A DNA stretch of 64,000 bases from a virus. Each line of letters opens with the position of its first letter. Position 1 is the stretch's first letter. The position numbers and the translations under genes are program-made. Shown piece after piece: positions 35,185-44,474 of this stretch. The notes beneath the pieces were generated by a model that was not told the origin of the DNA, ran no database searches, and was given only the letters and a program-made list of their open reading frames with translations. The stretch covers positions 4,854-68,853 of IMG/VR virus record IMGVR_UViG_3300042314_000177; one strand, 5' to 3'.

Positions 35185-36072
35185 TCAATATCCCCCTATC
35201 GTCACTATCAAAGCCTGACGATAATCTACTGTAATTTCTTCGCCGTTGCTGCCGCCCTTGCATCCTGAGATGTCGCGCATTGCAACAACATATATATCAC
35301 CATTTTCCATACGGAACATCATTGCATTCGGATTCTTAGAATGGTTGGTGTAGCGCCCTGCTGGTGTGCGTAGTCCGCCCATCAATGCTGGCGCAATTAC
35401 CTCAAACTGTGGAATGTTACCAGATGCAAACAATCCTTTGCCTTCGATCTGGCTATCACCCAGCGCAACTTTATACTCGCCATGCGGAAACGGAATCTGG
35501 TCATATTGTAATTCAGATATTTCCCGCACTGTTTCAGCGTCAAAGCCAAACTCCTCAATCGCTGCGTAAAAGTCAGCAATGTCTTCAGAGTGATCAAAGC
35601 TTAACAGCATTTGGTTAAACTTCTTTGATTCCTGCCATGACTCGCTTTTGTCTAAGAACATTTCATCAAGCGTATCAACGTCACGCTCGTCGGTTGAAAA
35701 GATGTTCTGCCAAATCACATCTTCATGGATATAGGCTATCTTGCGGCCAGGAGGTGCGATGAACGACTGTGGGGCCACTAGCTCTGTCTTTGTGCCATCG
35801 TCATTTAAGATAGTCAGGCGACCAGATAGCATATTGTTGAAATGGGCAGTCTTGTGATGATGGCCTACTATATATGAATCCGCTGGCATACGAACTTCAC
35901 GAATGTAAATGCCTGGAGCAAAGCGATGTGTAATAGGGCAGTCAGCTTGTGGTAGGTCAAGAAGTGCCGACTCTAGACGCTGAACATCAGCTTCATTGAA
36001 AGCCTTTGTGAAAGGCTCAATAAGAACGCTTTCAACTGTATCAATGTCTTTTGTGCGGCATATTGCAGTCAC
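35185..36072 (-). CDS. Cupin domain fused to SET domain (putative methyltransferase)
   Basis: HRFAPGIYIRE...GHHHKTAH (cupin); SQIEGKGLFA...RYTNHSKNPN...GEEITVDY (SET). Confidence 0.85.
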   Translation of the reverse strand: MTAICRTKDIDTVESVLIEPFTKAFNEADVQRLESALLDLPQADCPITHRFAPGIYIREVRMPADSYIVGHHHKTAHFNNMLSGRLTILNDDGTKTELVAPQSFIAPPGRKIAYIHEDVIWQNIFSTDERDVDTLDEMFLDKSESWQESKKFNQMLLSFDHSEDIADFYAAIEEFGFDAETVREISELQYDQIPFPHGEYKVALGDSQIEGKGLFASGNIPQFEVIAPALMGGLRTPAGRYTNHSKNPNAMMFRMENGDIYVVAMRDISGCKGGSNGEEITVDYRQALIVTIGGY

Positions 36073-36090
36073 AGCATCACCTTTACGAAA

Positions 36091-36156
36091 TGAGCCACAG
36101 GCTGCTCTTTAAGGCTCTGTGGCAAAACCATATCACAATTTGTTTGCCTTTGGCAA
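36091..36156 (-). promoter_or_regulatory. Promoter plus conserved structured leader of the ejection module (B)
   Basis: TTGCCA-N18-TATGGT then GCCACAG-N16-CTGTGGC-TCA. Confidence 0.6.
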
Positions 36157-36259
36157 TAAAGTATCTTAATTATCATCACGCAGCTTACCTGACGGGGGAC
36201 AGGCGACTCATCATCGCTTGCTGTAATTTTCCTGATGCAGCACTTTGATGAGGTGTTTT

Positions 36260-36742
36260 ATGATTACTCAAGAACGTTTGCGTGAGCTTGTCCGCTATTG
36301 CCCTGAGACTGGCATATTTACCCACCTCGAAAGCAATCGTCGCAAGAAAGCTGGAATGCAAGCTGGATCGTTGCGAAAAGATGGCTATGTTTACATTATG
36401 ATTGATGGGCATAGAACTATGGCTCATAGATTTGCATGGATGTATATAACTGGTAAATGGCCTATTGCTGATATTGACCATGTAGACGGTAATAAATCTA
36501 ACAACTCATTTAATAATCTTCGTGACGTTTCTCGCAGTGTAAACGCTCAAAATCAAAATAGGGCAAAGCGAACAAGCAAAACTGGATACCTAGGTGTTCG
36601 TTATCATGGGCCTAATAAATTTGTTGCCGCAATCTCCGTTAATGGCAAAAGCATTTACCTTGGTGTTTTTGGCGATTCATTAGATGCCCACAATGCTTAT
36701 CTGACAGCGAAACGTAAACTACATGAGGGATGTGTAATTTAA
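36260..36742 (+). CDS. HNH-AP2-like homing endonuclease (B only, antisense)
   Basis: AHRFAW...IDHVDGNKSNN...NLR; SKTGYLGV...YLGVF. Confidence 0.9.
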   Translation: MITQERLRELVRYCPETGIFTHLESNRRKKAGMQAGSLRKDGYVYIMIDGHRTMAHRFAWMYITGKWPIADIDHVDGNKSNNSFNNLRDVSRSVNAQNQNRAKRTSKTGYLGVRYHGPNKFVAAISVNGKSIYLGVFGDSLDAHNAYLTAKRKLHEGCVI

Positions 36743-37134
36743 TCCTCATCTTCACGTTCTTCCCAAGCCTGACACGCTCTCATGTCGTGACAAATAAATT
36801 CAAATTTTTCACAATATCCACGATAACCTGCGTCTACATCCCATGCGTTCCACGGAATTTTATCCATTTTTGATTGCATAAGCGTTGAGTTAATAAAATA
36901 CTCGCAGTTAGAACATCTGCGCCGACGAGCTTCAGTCTCATCCACTTGCATAGCTACACCCAAGGCCACCCAGTATTCAGGATTAGCGCCACGCTCGTTG
37001 CTTGGGTTTTCAGGGCCAAGCATCCAATCGTCAATGACGATCTTCGTGTTCTTCTTGTTCTCAGCAGTGGTGATGAATGGTTCGCTTTCACGCAGACCAG
37101 CAAAGCCTTCAATAATCATCATTGGCTTTTTCAT
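36739..37134 (-). CDS. Cys-rich protein, HiPIP-like cysteine pattern
   Basis: Homologue of 1244-1645; ends CQAWE. Confidence 0.6.
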   Translation of the reverse strand: MKKPMMIIEGFAGLRESEPFITTAENKKNTKIVIDDWMLGPENPSNERGANPEYWVALGVAMQVDETEARRRRCSNCEYFINSTLMQSKMDKIPWNAWDVDAGYRGYCEKFEFICHDMRACQAWEEREDED

Positions 37135-37469
37135 TACGATATTTCCCGTCCAGATGCGCGGATGTTGATAGCTGTGGCTGTTCCCGCAATAGTTGAAATA
37201 AACCCGCCTGACGCAATTACCTGGCCGACTAGCTCAGGAAACGTGTAGGTTTCCGATGGCTGAAGCGTTTTGGTCATGACGATAAGGTTGTCATTTCCTG
37301 CGCTGCCAGACACTGCCACAAGGTTAACGCTGATCGTTGCAGCCGTTGCGGTGTAATTAGTTGCTGTGAACTTATCAATGACCGTTGTAACGTTCACAGA
37401 GGTATATTGCGTTGTCTGTGTGTTTTCCGCAGTCTTTGCTGGAATGATGTTTCTGGTATTTACAGCCAT
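37134..37469 (-). CDS. Virion structural protein (putative)
   Basis: Homologue of 1645-1980. Confidence 0.7.
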   Translation of the reverse strand: MAVNTRNIIPAKTAENTQTTQYTSVNVTTVIDKFTATNYTATAATISVNLVAVSGSAGNDNLIVMTKTLQPSETYTFPELVGQVIASGGFISTIAGTATAINIRASGREIS

Positions 37470-37479
37470 GTCTAATCCT

Positions 37480-38127
37480 TTAATACAACAAACAATTAAA
37501 TGATGCTGCTTGCGTTATAACCCAATTTGTGCCGTTTGACACTAGTGTTGCCCAATTTCCAGCAACATTTGTCAAAATCGCAGAACCAGCCGAACCGCCA
37601 CCTTGCGGAATGACATCGCTTGACGCAGATACAAGTGACTGATCTTGGTAGTTCTGAAAGTTAAGAGTACGGCCAGCATATACCGAAGCGGTAGGCAGCG
37701 TGACAGTGCAAGTCGAACCTGACTTGTCATTAATAATCCAAAGCTCACCAGATGCTACCGTGAAGTCCGCTGTTTTAATTACAGGCGACGATGACGCATT
37801 AATGATTGCTTGCACAGCCAGCGCATCCAATGCTGGCGGCAATTGTTGAAGTGTCGTTATTTGCTCTTGCAGTGCTGCAATCTGCTCCTGAGATGCCGCT
37901 GGTGGGCCTCTGTCTAAAGAATCCAGAAGACTTTGAATGCTGTCATTTGCTTCATTCGCAGCAGCATTGGCATTGCCAGCCGCAATACTAATATCATCAA
38001 CAGTAACGTTCGCCATCGTATCAACGGTAGCAAATAGATTTTCGAATTGTTTAATCTGCTCAAAGTCCTGAAGGAACGAGGCAAACTGATCCCGTGTCAG
38101 GCTTAATCTTCTTGGAGTTACAGCCAT
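37480..38127 (-). CDS. Tail needle/accessory protein (gp26 position)
   Basis: Homologue of 1991-2632. Confidence 0.6.
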   Translation of the reverse strand: MAVTPRRLSLTRDQFASFLQDFEQIKQFENLFATVDTMANVTVDDISIAAGNANAAANEANDSIQSLLDSLDRGPPAASQEQIAALQEQITTLQQLPPALDALAVQAIINASSSPVIKTADFTVASGELWIINDKSGSTCTVTLPTASVYAGRTLNFQNYQDQSLVSASSDVIPQGGGSAGSAILTNVAGNWATLVSNGTNWVITQAASFNCLLY

Positions 38128-39539
38128 CAGTAAGCCAATGGCTCTATTGCCGCCTCTAGCCTAGCAAAAGACATATGAGCGTCTGATGTGCCCTGGAAAC
38201 GTTGAACGCGCCAGTTACGCATCCAGCCTTGGTGGAACCATACAAGTCTCTTGGCTCGCTCTCCAGTCTTACCAGCCTTGATGAACTTCTGCTGGCTCCA
38301 GTTCTGCCCATCAGTTGAGTAGCTGGTGTTAATCGTTGGGTCTAAGCCGAACGCAACCGAGCCTGTTAGCGAAACCAGTTCAAGGTTCTGCAATATCGCG
38401 CCGCGACCTTCGTTATATAGAATGGTTGTGCCAAATTCCCAACGCACCTTTTGCCCCCAGTGCGTCGATATATCCTTTACCAGATACCCAATGGCATTGC
38501 TGGTAGGGTCGCCTAGCAACCACTTGTCATAGCACCACACGAAGTTCTGAGCGCGATAGCGAGCGAAGTCCACAAGGCTGCTCGTCAACGTGAACCAAAC
38601 AGGCTGGCCCAATTCTTGCGATGCCGCTGCGTCAAATACAATCGTGCGATCTGGAAGGTGGATATATAGATGCTCGTGCGCTCTATCGTTCCTTGCCTCT
38701 AGCTTTACAGTCGCTAACTGCGCTTCAGTGAATGTTGCAAGCAGTTCGTCAATCTCTTGCGTGCTAACCTTATTTGCGGTTGCGTTTGCGGCAAGATAAA
38801 TAGATGGCGCTTCGTTGAAGCCACTACCAAGGAATGCGATGTTCTCAAGGAATACGCAGCAAGCGTGTGTGCCGACAACGCCCTTTTCAACCTGAGCTCC
38901 TTCGATACGTTGGAACGGGAATAGCTCTCCACCACGGTTGTCAAACACTTCGATGGTGTGACGGTTAAGCGCATAGACTTCATTGCGTAGCTTTAACAGG
39001 GCAACCACTGGATCAGGGTCAGCTTCTGACGAACCATATTTTAACGGGTTCACTGCGAACGGATTGTTTAGTTCAGTGACCACCAGAAACTCGCCATCAG
39101 TGGTCATCCAGTAGCCATCCACCCACACTGTATCAAGAACTATGCCAAGATCAGGGTCGGTGTTCTGAGCGAGAACGCCTGTTGCTATATCCCATAGGAA
39201 TAGATTGTTGTTCGATGCGATGCCAATATATTCAAAGCTATAGTCTAGCGTAACGTAATCGCCATCATTGCCGACATCTCCCAAGATCGTCACAGCGCCA
39301 TTGCTGGCAACTGATACGAACTTAGAACCCATGACGCGATAGCATACGTTGTTATAGTTTATGCCACCGCGATCAATGCCAGGGCCAGTACCGTTGCCGA
39401 CAATGCCTTCAGCGGGTCGCAAGTATCCATTACTGATTCCATTCGCTTTTGGCACAGGAACAAAGTTAACGGGATAAGACGTTCTAAAGTCTGGCCCGTT
39501 GTCTGTAAATATGCCGCTCAGGATTGGAATCTGTGTCAT
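38127..39539 (-). CDS. Tail hub, P22 gp10-like
   Basis: Homologue of 2632-4041. Confidence 0.9.
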   Translation of the reverse strand: MTQIPILSGIFTDNGPDFRTSYPVNFVPVPKANGISNGYLRPAEGIVGNGTGPGIDRGGINYNNVCYRVMGSKFVSVASNGAVTILGDVGNDGDYVTLDYSFEYIGIASNNNLFLWDIATGVLAQNTDPDLGIVLDTVWVDGYWMTTDGEFLVVTELNNPFAVNPLKYGSSEADPDPVVALLKLRNEVYALNRHTIEVFDNRGGELFPFQRIEGAQVEKGVVGTHACCVFLENIAFLGSGFNEAPSIYLAANATANKVSTQEIDELLATFTEAQLATVKLEARNDRAHEHLYIHLPDRTIVFDAAASQELGQPVWFTLTSSLVDFARYRAQNFVWCYDKWLLGDPTSNAIGYLVKDISTHWGQKVRWEFGTTILYNEGRGAILQNLELVSLTGSVAFGLDPTINTSYSTDGQNWSQQKFIKAGKTGERAKRLVWFHQGWMRNWRVQRFQGTSDAHMSFARLEAAIEPLAY

Positions 39540-39548
39540 GGATATAGT

Positions 39549-39683
39549 TTATTCCAGCAGAAGAAAGCCGCCATCTTCAAGAGTTAGGAAGTCACCATTC
39601 TCTAAAAGAAGCGCACCAAGAACGGGGCCACCGTCTGCGTTGTAATAACGCAAGCGATTCCGAAGGCGCGTTAGCAGAAACAT
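39549..39683 (-). CDS. 44-aa LLLENGD-motif protein
   Basis: Homologue of 4051-4185. Confidence 0.7.
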   Translation of the reverse strand: MFLLTRLRNRLRYYNADGGPVLGALLLENGDFLTLEDGGFLLLE

Positions 39684-39985
39684 TAGAAGCCTTCGCCTGG
39701 AATAATGTGGAGCGAACCACCGCCAGCAGGGGCAATGTATGCGATCCGATCATAATCCAGAAACTTGCTAATGCTTACCTGACCGTTTGGCGGAACCAGA
39801 TAGTCAGCAGTCGTTGCAGCTAGACCAGCGCCCGTGCCGATGCGGACAAAGCACTCAACCGAATTGCGGCTGGTGATGCACATCGATGTCACGTTCTTAC
39901 CAATAACGGAGTTCGCACTAGCAACGCCAGGAGCTACGGCAATAGCTTGTCCGTAAGCTGGTGCAAATGTTCTAATATCATCCAT
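39683..39985 (-). CDS. Virion structural protein (putative)
   Basis: Homologue of 4185-4487. Confidence 0.7.
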   Translation of the reverse strand: MDDIRTFAPAYGQAIAVAPGVASANSVIGKNVTSMCITSRNSVECFVRIGTGAGLAATTADYLVPPNGQVSISKFLDYDRIAYIAPAGGGSLHIIPGEGF

Positions 39986-39997
39986 AGTTTAATTCCT

Positions 39998-40279
39998 TTA
40001 CCACTTTACTTTGTCGGCCCAAAACGCCGCGCTCATTTTACCCTTAGCTATATTCTTTGAATGCCTAGCCTTAAACGATGCGCGGCGCTTCTTATTAGAT
40101 TCGCTTTCGCCTTTGCTGGCGGGTGAACCCATTACGCCCTGCTGTCCGAAGCGGATTGTCTTGATCTTATCGCCTTCTTTAGCGACAACAACGTGCGACT
40201 TCTTCGGATGCGATGGTGTGCGCTTGGGCTTGTTATAGCCAGCTACACCAACACGAGTAAGGCGCGAATCCTTTTTCAT
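39998..40279 (-). CDS. Small basic protein
   Basis: Homologue of 4500-4781. Confidence 0.75.
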   Translation of the reverse strand: MKKDSRLTRVGVAGYNKPKRTPSHPKKSHVVVAKEGDKIKTIRFGQQGVMGSPASKGESESNKKRRASFKARHSKNIAKGKMSAAFWADKVKW

Positions 40280-40297
40280 CTGAGCCTCGTGGCGTTC

Positions 40298-40420
40298 TTA
40301 CTTCTTTTTCTTCTTGGCTTTGGTCATAGTCATTGACTTGCCAGCTTTAGCTGCAGCTTTCTTAGCCATCGCCATACCTTTTGCATCGTAGCTGAACTTT
40401 TTTCCACCGACCATTGGCAT
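40298..40420 (-). CDS. 40-aa Lys/Ala-rich protein
   Basis: Homologue of 4791-4913. Confidence 0.75.
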   Translation of the reverse strand: MPMVGGKKFSYDAKGMAMAKKAAAKAGKSMTMTKAKKKKK

Positions 40421-40433
40421 TTCAATTCTCCTA

Positions 40434-41621
40434 TTAGAAAGTTACGTAAAGATTAAACGCTTCAAGGCGCATCAGGTTATTCGCAGTCGCTGGCTTTGCA
40501 GTGATTGTAAATGTCTGATCCTGTGTAGCATCGACGCTCAAGAACACGTTGGCACCAGTCGATAGGCCATGACCTATAGAAGTTGTTGAGTTGCTGACAA
40601 CTTGTGAGCCACCACGATTGTATAGTAGCTTCTGAACAGACGCACTAGCGTTGTTTGCCGCAGCAGCAGCCAAGAGAACGCCGCCGCCATATGTCATGCC
40701 CAAGGTTTTAACTGTAGCGTTATTGGTCAACGTAAACAGAGCGTCAATCTCCATACCGCCACCAACGCCCATCGACCAGCCAGGGACTGTGACGGATGCT
40801 AAAGTAATTTCGGTGTTAGCTACAGCAACTACGGCAACGCCGTACCAAACGAGAGCAGTTTGTGTGCCAGACTGCGTACCGCTGGTGGTGACTGCTGCGC
40901 CGCCTGCTGATGTGGACACGGTGAAGGTGTTAGCTGAAAGCACTTGCTTCACATAGTATGTGGTGTTGATAGCCAATCCGGTCGGCAATGCACCAGTAGT
41001 GGTAAAGCGAATCGTGTCGTTTACCGATAAGCCATGTCCAGCCCAAGTTATAACGCCTGGTGCAGCGATGCTAATCGTGACGGTCGAATCAATGTAAGGT
41101 AGGTCAATGGTTACCTCCTTAGTATCTGTATCAGCGTCCAGCACTTCATAAAAGCCAGTGGATGCCGTTCCACCCGTCCAAGTGATATAAAGGTCAGCGC
41201 CTTGCGATACTGCGTTTGTAAGGCCATGAACGCCAGCACTTACCAGCTTTACGTCACCCGCATCATCGTCATAGGTAAGCGTTACAAAGGCAGCTGCTGG
41301 CTCAACAAGGCTAACAGGCTCAAGGCTTCCGATTGTCAAAGGCGGGAAGTCACGCAGCGTTGGTTGATCGCCTACGTCATATTGCGCTGTTGACTCAATC
41401 CCACTGACAATACGCACAGTGCGATCAACAGGATACGGGCCAAACATCTCTGCGCTGTTAGAAAGCGACGCAATCTGGGTGTAGGAGTCATAGCTTACTG
41501 GGCCGATTGCCTCAAGCGAAACGGTTGTGGCATCATTGCCTACATTCCCAACGCTGATATACTGACCAGCAGGAACAATTACATCTGTAATGGTCTGAGT
41601 TAGACCTGGTTGAATAATCAT
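40434..41621 (-). CDS. Virion structural/decoration protein
   Basis: Homologue of 4927-6114. Confidence 0.7.
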   Translation of the reverse strand: MIIQPGLTQTITDVIVPAGQYISVGNVGNDATTVSLEAIGPVSYDSYTQIASLSNSAEMFGPYPVDRTVRIVSGIESTAQYDVGDQPTLRDFPPLTIGSLEPVSLVEPAAAFVTLTYDDDAGDVKLVSAGVHGLTNAVSQGADLYITWTGGTASTGFYEVLDADTDTKEVTIDLPYIDSTVTISIAAPGVITWAGHGLSVNDTIRFTTTGALPTGLAINTTYYVKQVLSANTFTVSTSAGGAAVTTSGTQSGTQTALVWYGVAVVAVANTEITLASVTVPGWSMGVGGGMEIDALFTLTNNATVKTLGMTYGGGVLLAAAAANNASASVQKLLYNRGGSQVVSNSTTSIGHGLSTGANVFLSVDATQDQTFTITAKPATANNLMRLEAFNLYVTF

Positions 41622-41646
41622 ATCTCAATCCTTTTATTGCAGTTAA

Positions 41647-41973
41647 TTAGCCAACTTTCCACACAACGCCGTCACTGTAGACAGGAACGAAGTTAGCGCC
41701 ACCGCCTGCAACAGTGGCAGCGAATGTTGTGGTGCTACCGTCAGTAATGAACGCTCGTGCGCCAGTGTTACCGACAGGGTTGATAAGCTGGGCAAAGGTC
41801 GATGGCGTTGTCTGAACCGAATTACAAACAACAGCGTCAAAGTTTTCCTCAACGTATCCAATAAGGGTTGTGACAGAGCAACGACGAGCGTCACCTTGGT
41901 TCGTTACGAATAATGGTAACTGATCTCCGCCAGAGACCTGTGTTACGGTTGGTAGCTGATTAATGGTAGGCAT
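41647..41973 (-). CDS. Virion structural protein (putative)
   Basis: Homologue of 6141-6467. Confidence 0.7.
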   Translation of the reverse strand: MPTINQLPTVTQVSGGDQLPLFVTNQGDARRCSVTTLIGYVEENFDAVVCNSVQTTPSTFAQLINPVGNTGARAFITDGSTTTFAATVAGGGANFVPVYSDGVVWKVG

Positions 41974-41976
41974 GGT

Positions 41977-42456
41977 TTAACTCCAATCAAGGGGGCCATC
42001 AGGCCCAGCATTTACAGAATCATAAGGAATCCGCACATAAGGATTATCCCACCGCCAAGGCTTGTTGCCTTGACCTAATGGCATTGTTGATGGAAGCTGT
42101 TGTTCAAGCGGGAATGTAGCGCGTTGCAGCAATACATTGTAAGCGCCCTTAGCTGATACCTTAGTGTCAGCAGCTACAGCCTTACCATAGCCAGGAGCAA
42201 TCCTAATGGCTAGGTTGGTGATGATAGCTTCCCATGCGCTGTCAGGCACATTGGTTTCTGTATCTAGGTCGCTATCTTGTGGGCTGCTTGGCATTGCGTA
42301 GCCAAGACGGATGCCAGCAGCGTTCCATTCAGCCATCATGGAATCTAAACGGCGCAAAGCGGCCTCTAGCTGTTCAGGCTGAAGGTCAAAGACGTAATCT
42401 GCCAAGCCTATTTCTTCAAAGGCTGACGTTACGAACTGGCGCTTTGTATATCCCAT
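41977..42456 (-). CDS. Head-tail adaptor, P22 gp4-like
   Basis: Homologue of 6471-6950. Confidence 0.9.
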   Translation of the reverse strand: MGYTKRQFVTSAFEEIGLADYVFDLQPEQLEAALRRLDSMMAEWNAAGIRLGYAMPSSPQDSDLDTETNVPDSAWEAIITNLAIRIAPGYGKAVAADTKVSAKGAYNVLLQRATFPLEQQLPSTMPLGQGNKPWRWDNPYVRIPYDSVNAGPDGPLDWS

Positions 42457-42457
42457 T

Positions 42458-42775
42458 TCAGACTTCCAATGCTGACGTTATGCGATCTGACAGCGTTATA
42501 TCAGAAGTTCGTGCATTAAACGATACCCCTAATTCTTTCGCCTTAACTTCCAGTTCCTCACGGCTTGGGCCAGAGACTTCATCAATCTCAACGGCTTTAG
42601 CCTTTGGCTTCTTATCTAGCTTGCTTGCAGCATCTTCATAAGACGCAGACCAGCCCTTAGCGATCAATGCGTCAAATGCTTCCTGATCTGCAGCGCCTCT
42701 GTAACCATAGGTCAACCCACGTTTCTTCTTGTGAGGCCCAGGGATGCGATAAAGAATGGTTGGGAAGTCTGTCAC
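42458..42775 (-). CDS. Protein with C-terminal HeH/LEM-like helix pair (intact in B only)
   Basis: SREELEVKAKELGVSFNARTSDITLSDRI. Confidence 0.65.
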   Translation of the reverse strand: MTDFPTILYRIPGPHKKKRGLTYGYRGAADQEAFDALIAKGWSASYEDAASKLDKKPKAKAVEIDEVSGPSREELEVKAKELGVSFNARTSDITLSDRITSALEV

Positions 42776-42948
42776 TTGGTTTTGCCCTTAACTGGCTTGG
42801 CAGTCTTTGCCGATGCAACGAAGTCAGCCTTTGTTGGCGCACCTTTGCTACCAGGCTTCTTCATACGCTCTGGTGTCTTGCCAGCAGCCTTCTGCGCCTT
42901 GATGCGCTTACGCTTCGCATTGATATTTGCGTACAGGCCCATCTTCAT
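42772..42948 (-). CDS. 58-aa Lys-rich protein
   Basis: Homologue of 7010-7186. Confidence 0.8.
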   Translation of the reverse strand: MKMGLYANINAKRKRIKAQKAAGKTPERMKKPGSKGAPTKADFVASAKTAKPVKGKTK

Positions 42949-43118
42949 TTCTTTGCCTTCCGCTTTGGAGCCTTCGATGGCTTCCCTGCTTTCATTGCTG
43001 CATCGCGTGCTACATTGAGCGCAATAGCGATGGCTTGCTTTCTAGGGCGACCAGACTTTTCTTCCATCTTGATATTCTTGCCGATGGTTGCGCGGCTGAA
43101 ACCTTTTTTCAATGGCAT
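42945..43118 (-). CDS. 57-aa Lys-rich protein
   Basis: Homologue of 7183-7356. Confidence 0.8.
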   Translation of the reverse strand: MPLKKGFSRATIGKNIKMEEKSGRPRKQAIAIALNVARDAAMKAGKPSKAPKRKAKK

Positions 43119-43131
43119 TGGTTCGCTCCTT

Positions 43132-43162
43132 GAAGAAAGAGGGGGAAGCCGAAGCTCCCCCC
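43132..43162 (-). terminator. Intrinsic terminator after the coat gene
   Basis: G/C-rich TTCG hairpin plus T-rich tail, as in A. Confidence 0.7.
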
Positions 43163-43169
43163 ATCCCTA

Positions 43170-44444
43170 TTAAGTTTGGTTGAAAAGCAGGATACCTGCC
43201 ATTTCTGGGTTCGTCATAACCACACCATACAGTGTGTCCAGCGTGTAAAGCGTCTGGAAGGTCAGTGGATCGAAACGCTTGGTCATGACCAATTCGATAC
43301 CCTGATCCGTTGATGCACGAAGAACGTCAACGCCAGCGCCATCTGGAACAGCATAGCGGCCTGGGAGGAGTTCAATCGAATCCTTGCGCCAGAACGGGTT
43401 GATGCTTGAAGCAGCAATGTTCAAGAAGTTGAGCGGAGCAGACGATGCGGCTGCAACCAATTCAACGTTCTTGTACTGCAATTCAGCATCAGTTGCTGGA
43501 GCAGTCGCAGCGATGATCGGTGGCGAGATAACCATCGATGTGCCGTTGACAACTTCAATGACGCGAAACGTCTTGAGTTCGCCAGTCGAACGCTTCGTGA
43601 TGTGGTGAACAGCTTCAATGCCATCAATCGTGAACGCATCGCCAGCAAGAACGCCAGTTGTCGAGGAGACAGTGACAGTCTGATAGCGGTTGTCAACGTT
43701 CAGGATACCCGAAACACTGTTGGTTGTCGCCTGTGGAACATACTGAGCTTGAGCGCCAGTAGTGTTGATGGTGACAGTTGCAGTGTTAGCAGCACAACGG
43801 TTAGCATAGTCAAGCTTGTAGGTTGAGAAGCTTGCGACTTCACCAACGAACGAACGCTCATATGCGTTAGCCGACTTCGTGCCAGTGAACGAGCGAGTCG
43901 CTACTGCCAAGTTACCAGCCATGCCGTTATAATCGCGGCTCGACAAAGCAAGGTAGCGATCACCAGCCATAACACCCTGTTCGTTCATGATGCTGTCGCA
44001 AAGTGCAACATCGTCATAATCGCCAGCAGCGGTAGCTACGTCAACAACAAGCGTACCCTGAGCAGCAGCCAAATCCATAACGGAAAGGTTGATGTCCGAA
44101 GCAAGCTTCTGCTTTGCAGCATCGCCAAGACGGTTTTCTTGCAGTGCATCACGAAGTTCCAAAGCATTCATTTCCCACGCAGAGCAAGGGCTGAAGCCCA
44201 AGGTCGAAGGAACAGAAAGCTGGGTCATCGTCTGAACACTAGAAGCAATCGTCGTGCCAACAGTACGAGTGAACGACTGAGCGATGTATGGTTGCGGACG
44301 CCACATGGTGTCACGAGCGCGTTCCATAGTTACGCCGTTGGTGTTGTAGATGTTGACGTTCTTTGAAAGGATCAAAGCGTCATGGAAGCCTTCGAGGATA
44401 TTCTCAAAGGCAACAATTTCTTCTTTCGAAAAAGCGTTAGCCAT
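43170..44444 (-). CDS. Major capsid protein, P22 gp5-like
   Basis: Homologue of 7409-8683. Confidence 0.92.
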   Translation of the reverse strand: MANAFSKEEIVAFENILEGFHDALILSKNVNIYNTNGVTMERARDTMWRPQPYIAQSFTRTVGTTIASSVQTMTQLSVPSTLGFSPCSAWEMNALELRDALQENRLGDAAKQKLASDINLSVMDLAAAQGTLVVDVATAAGDYDDVALCDSIMNEQGVMAGDRYLALSSRDYNGMAGNLAVATRSFTGTKSANAYERSFVGEVASFSTYKLDYANRCAANTATVTINTTGAQAQYVPQATTNSVSGILNVDNRYQTVTVSSTTGVLAGDAFTIDGIEAVHHITKRSTGELKTFRVIEVVNGTSMVISPPIIAATAPATDAELQYKNVELVAAASSAPLNFLNIAASSINPFWRKDSIELLPGRYAVPDGAGVDVLRASTDQGIELVMTKRFDPLTFQTLYTLDTLYGVVMTNPEMAGILLFNQT

Positions 44445-44474
44445 ATTTAATTCCCTATTCTTTCTAAATTAGGT

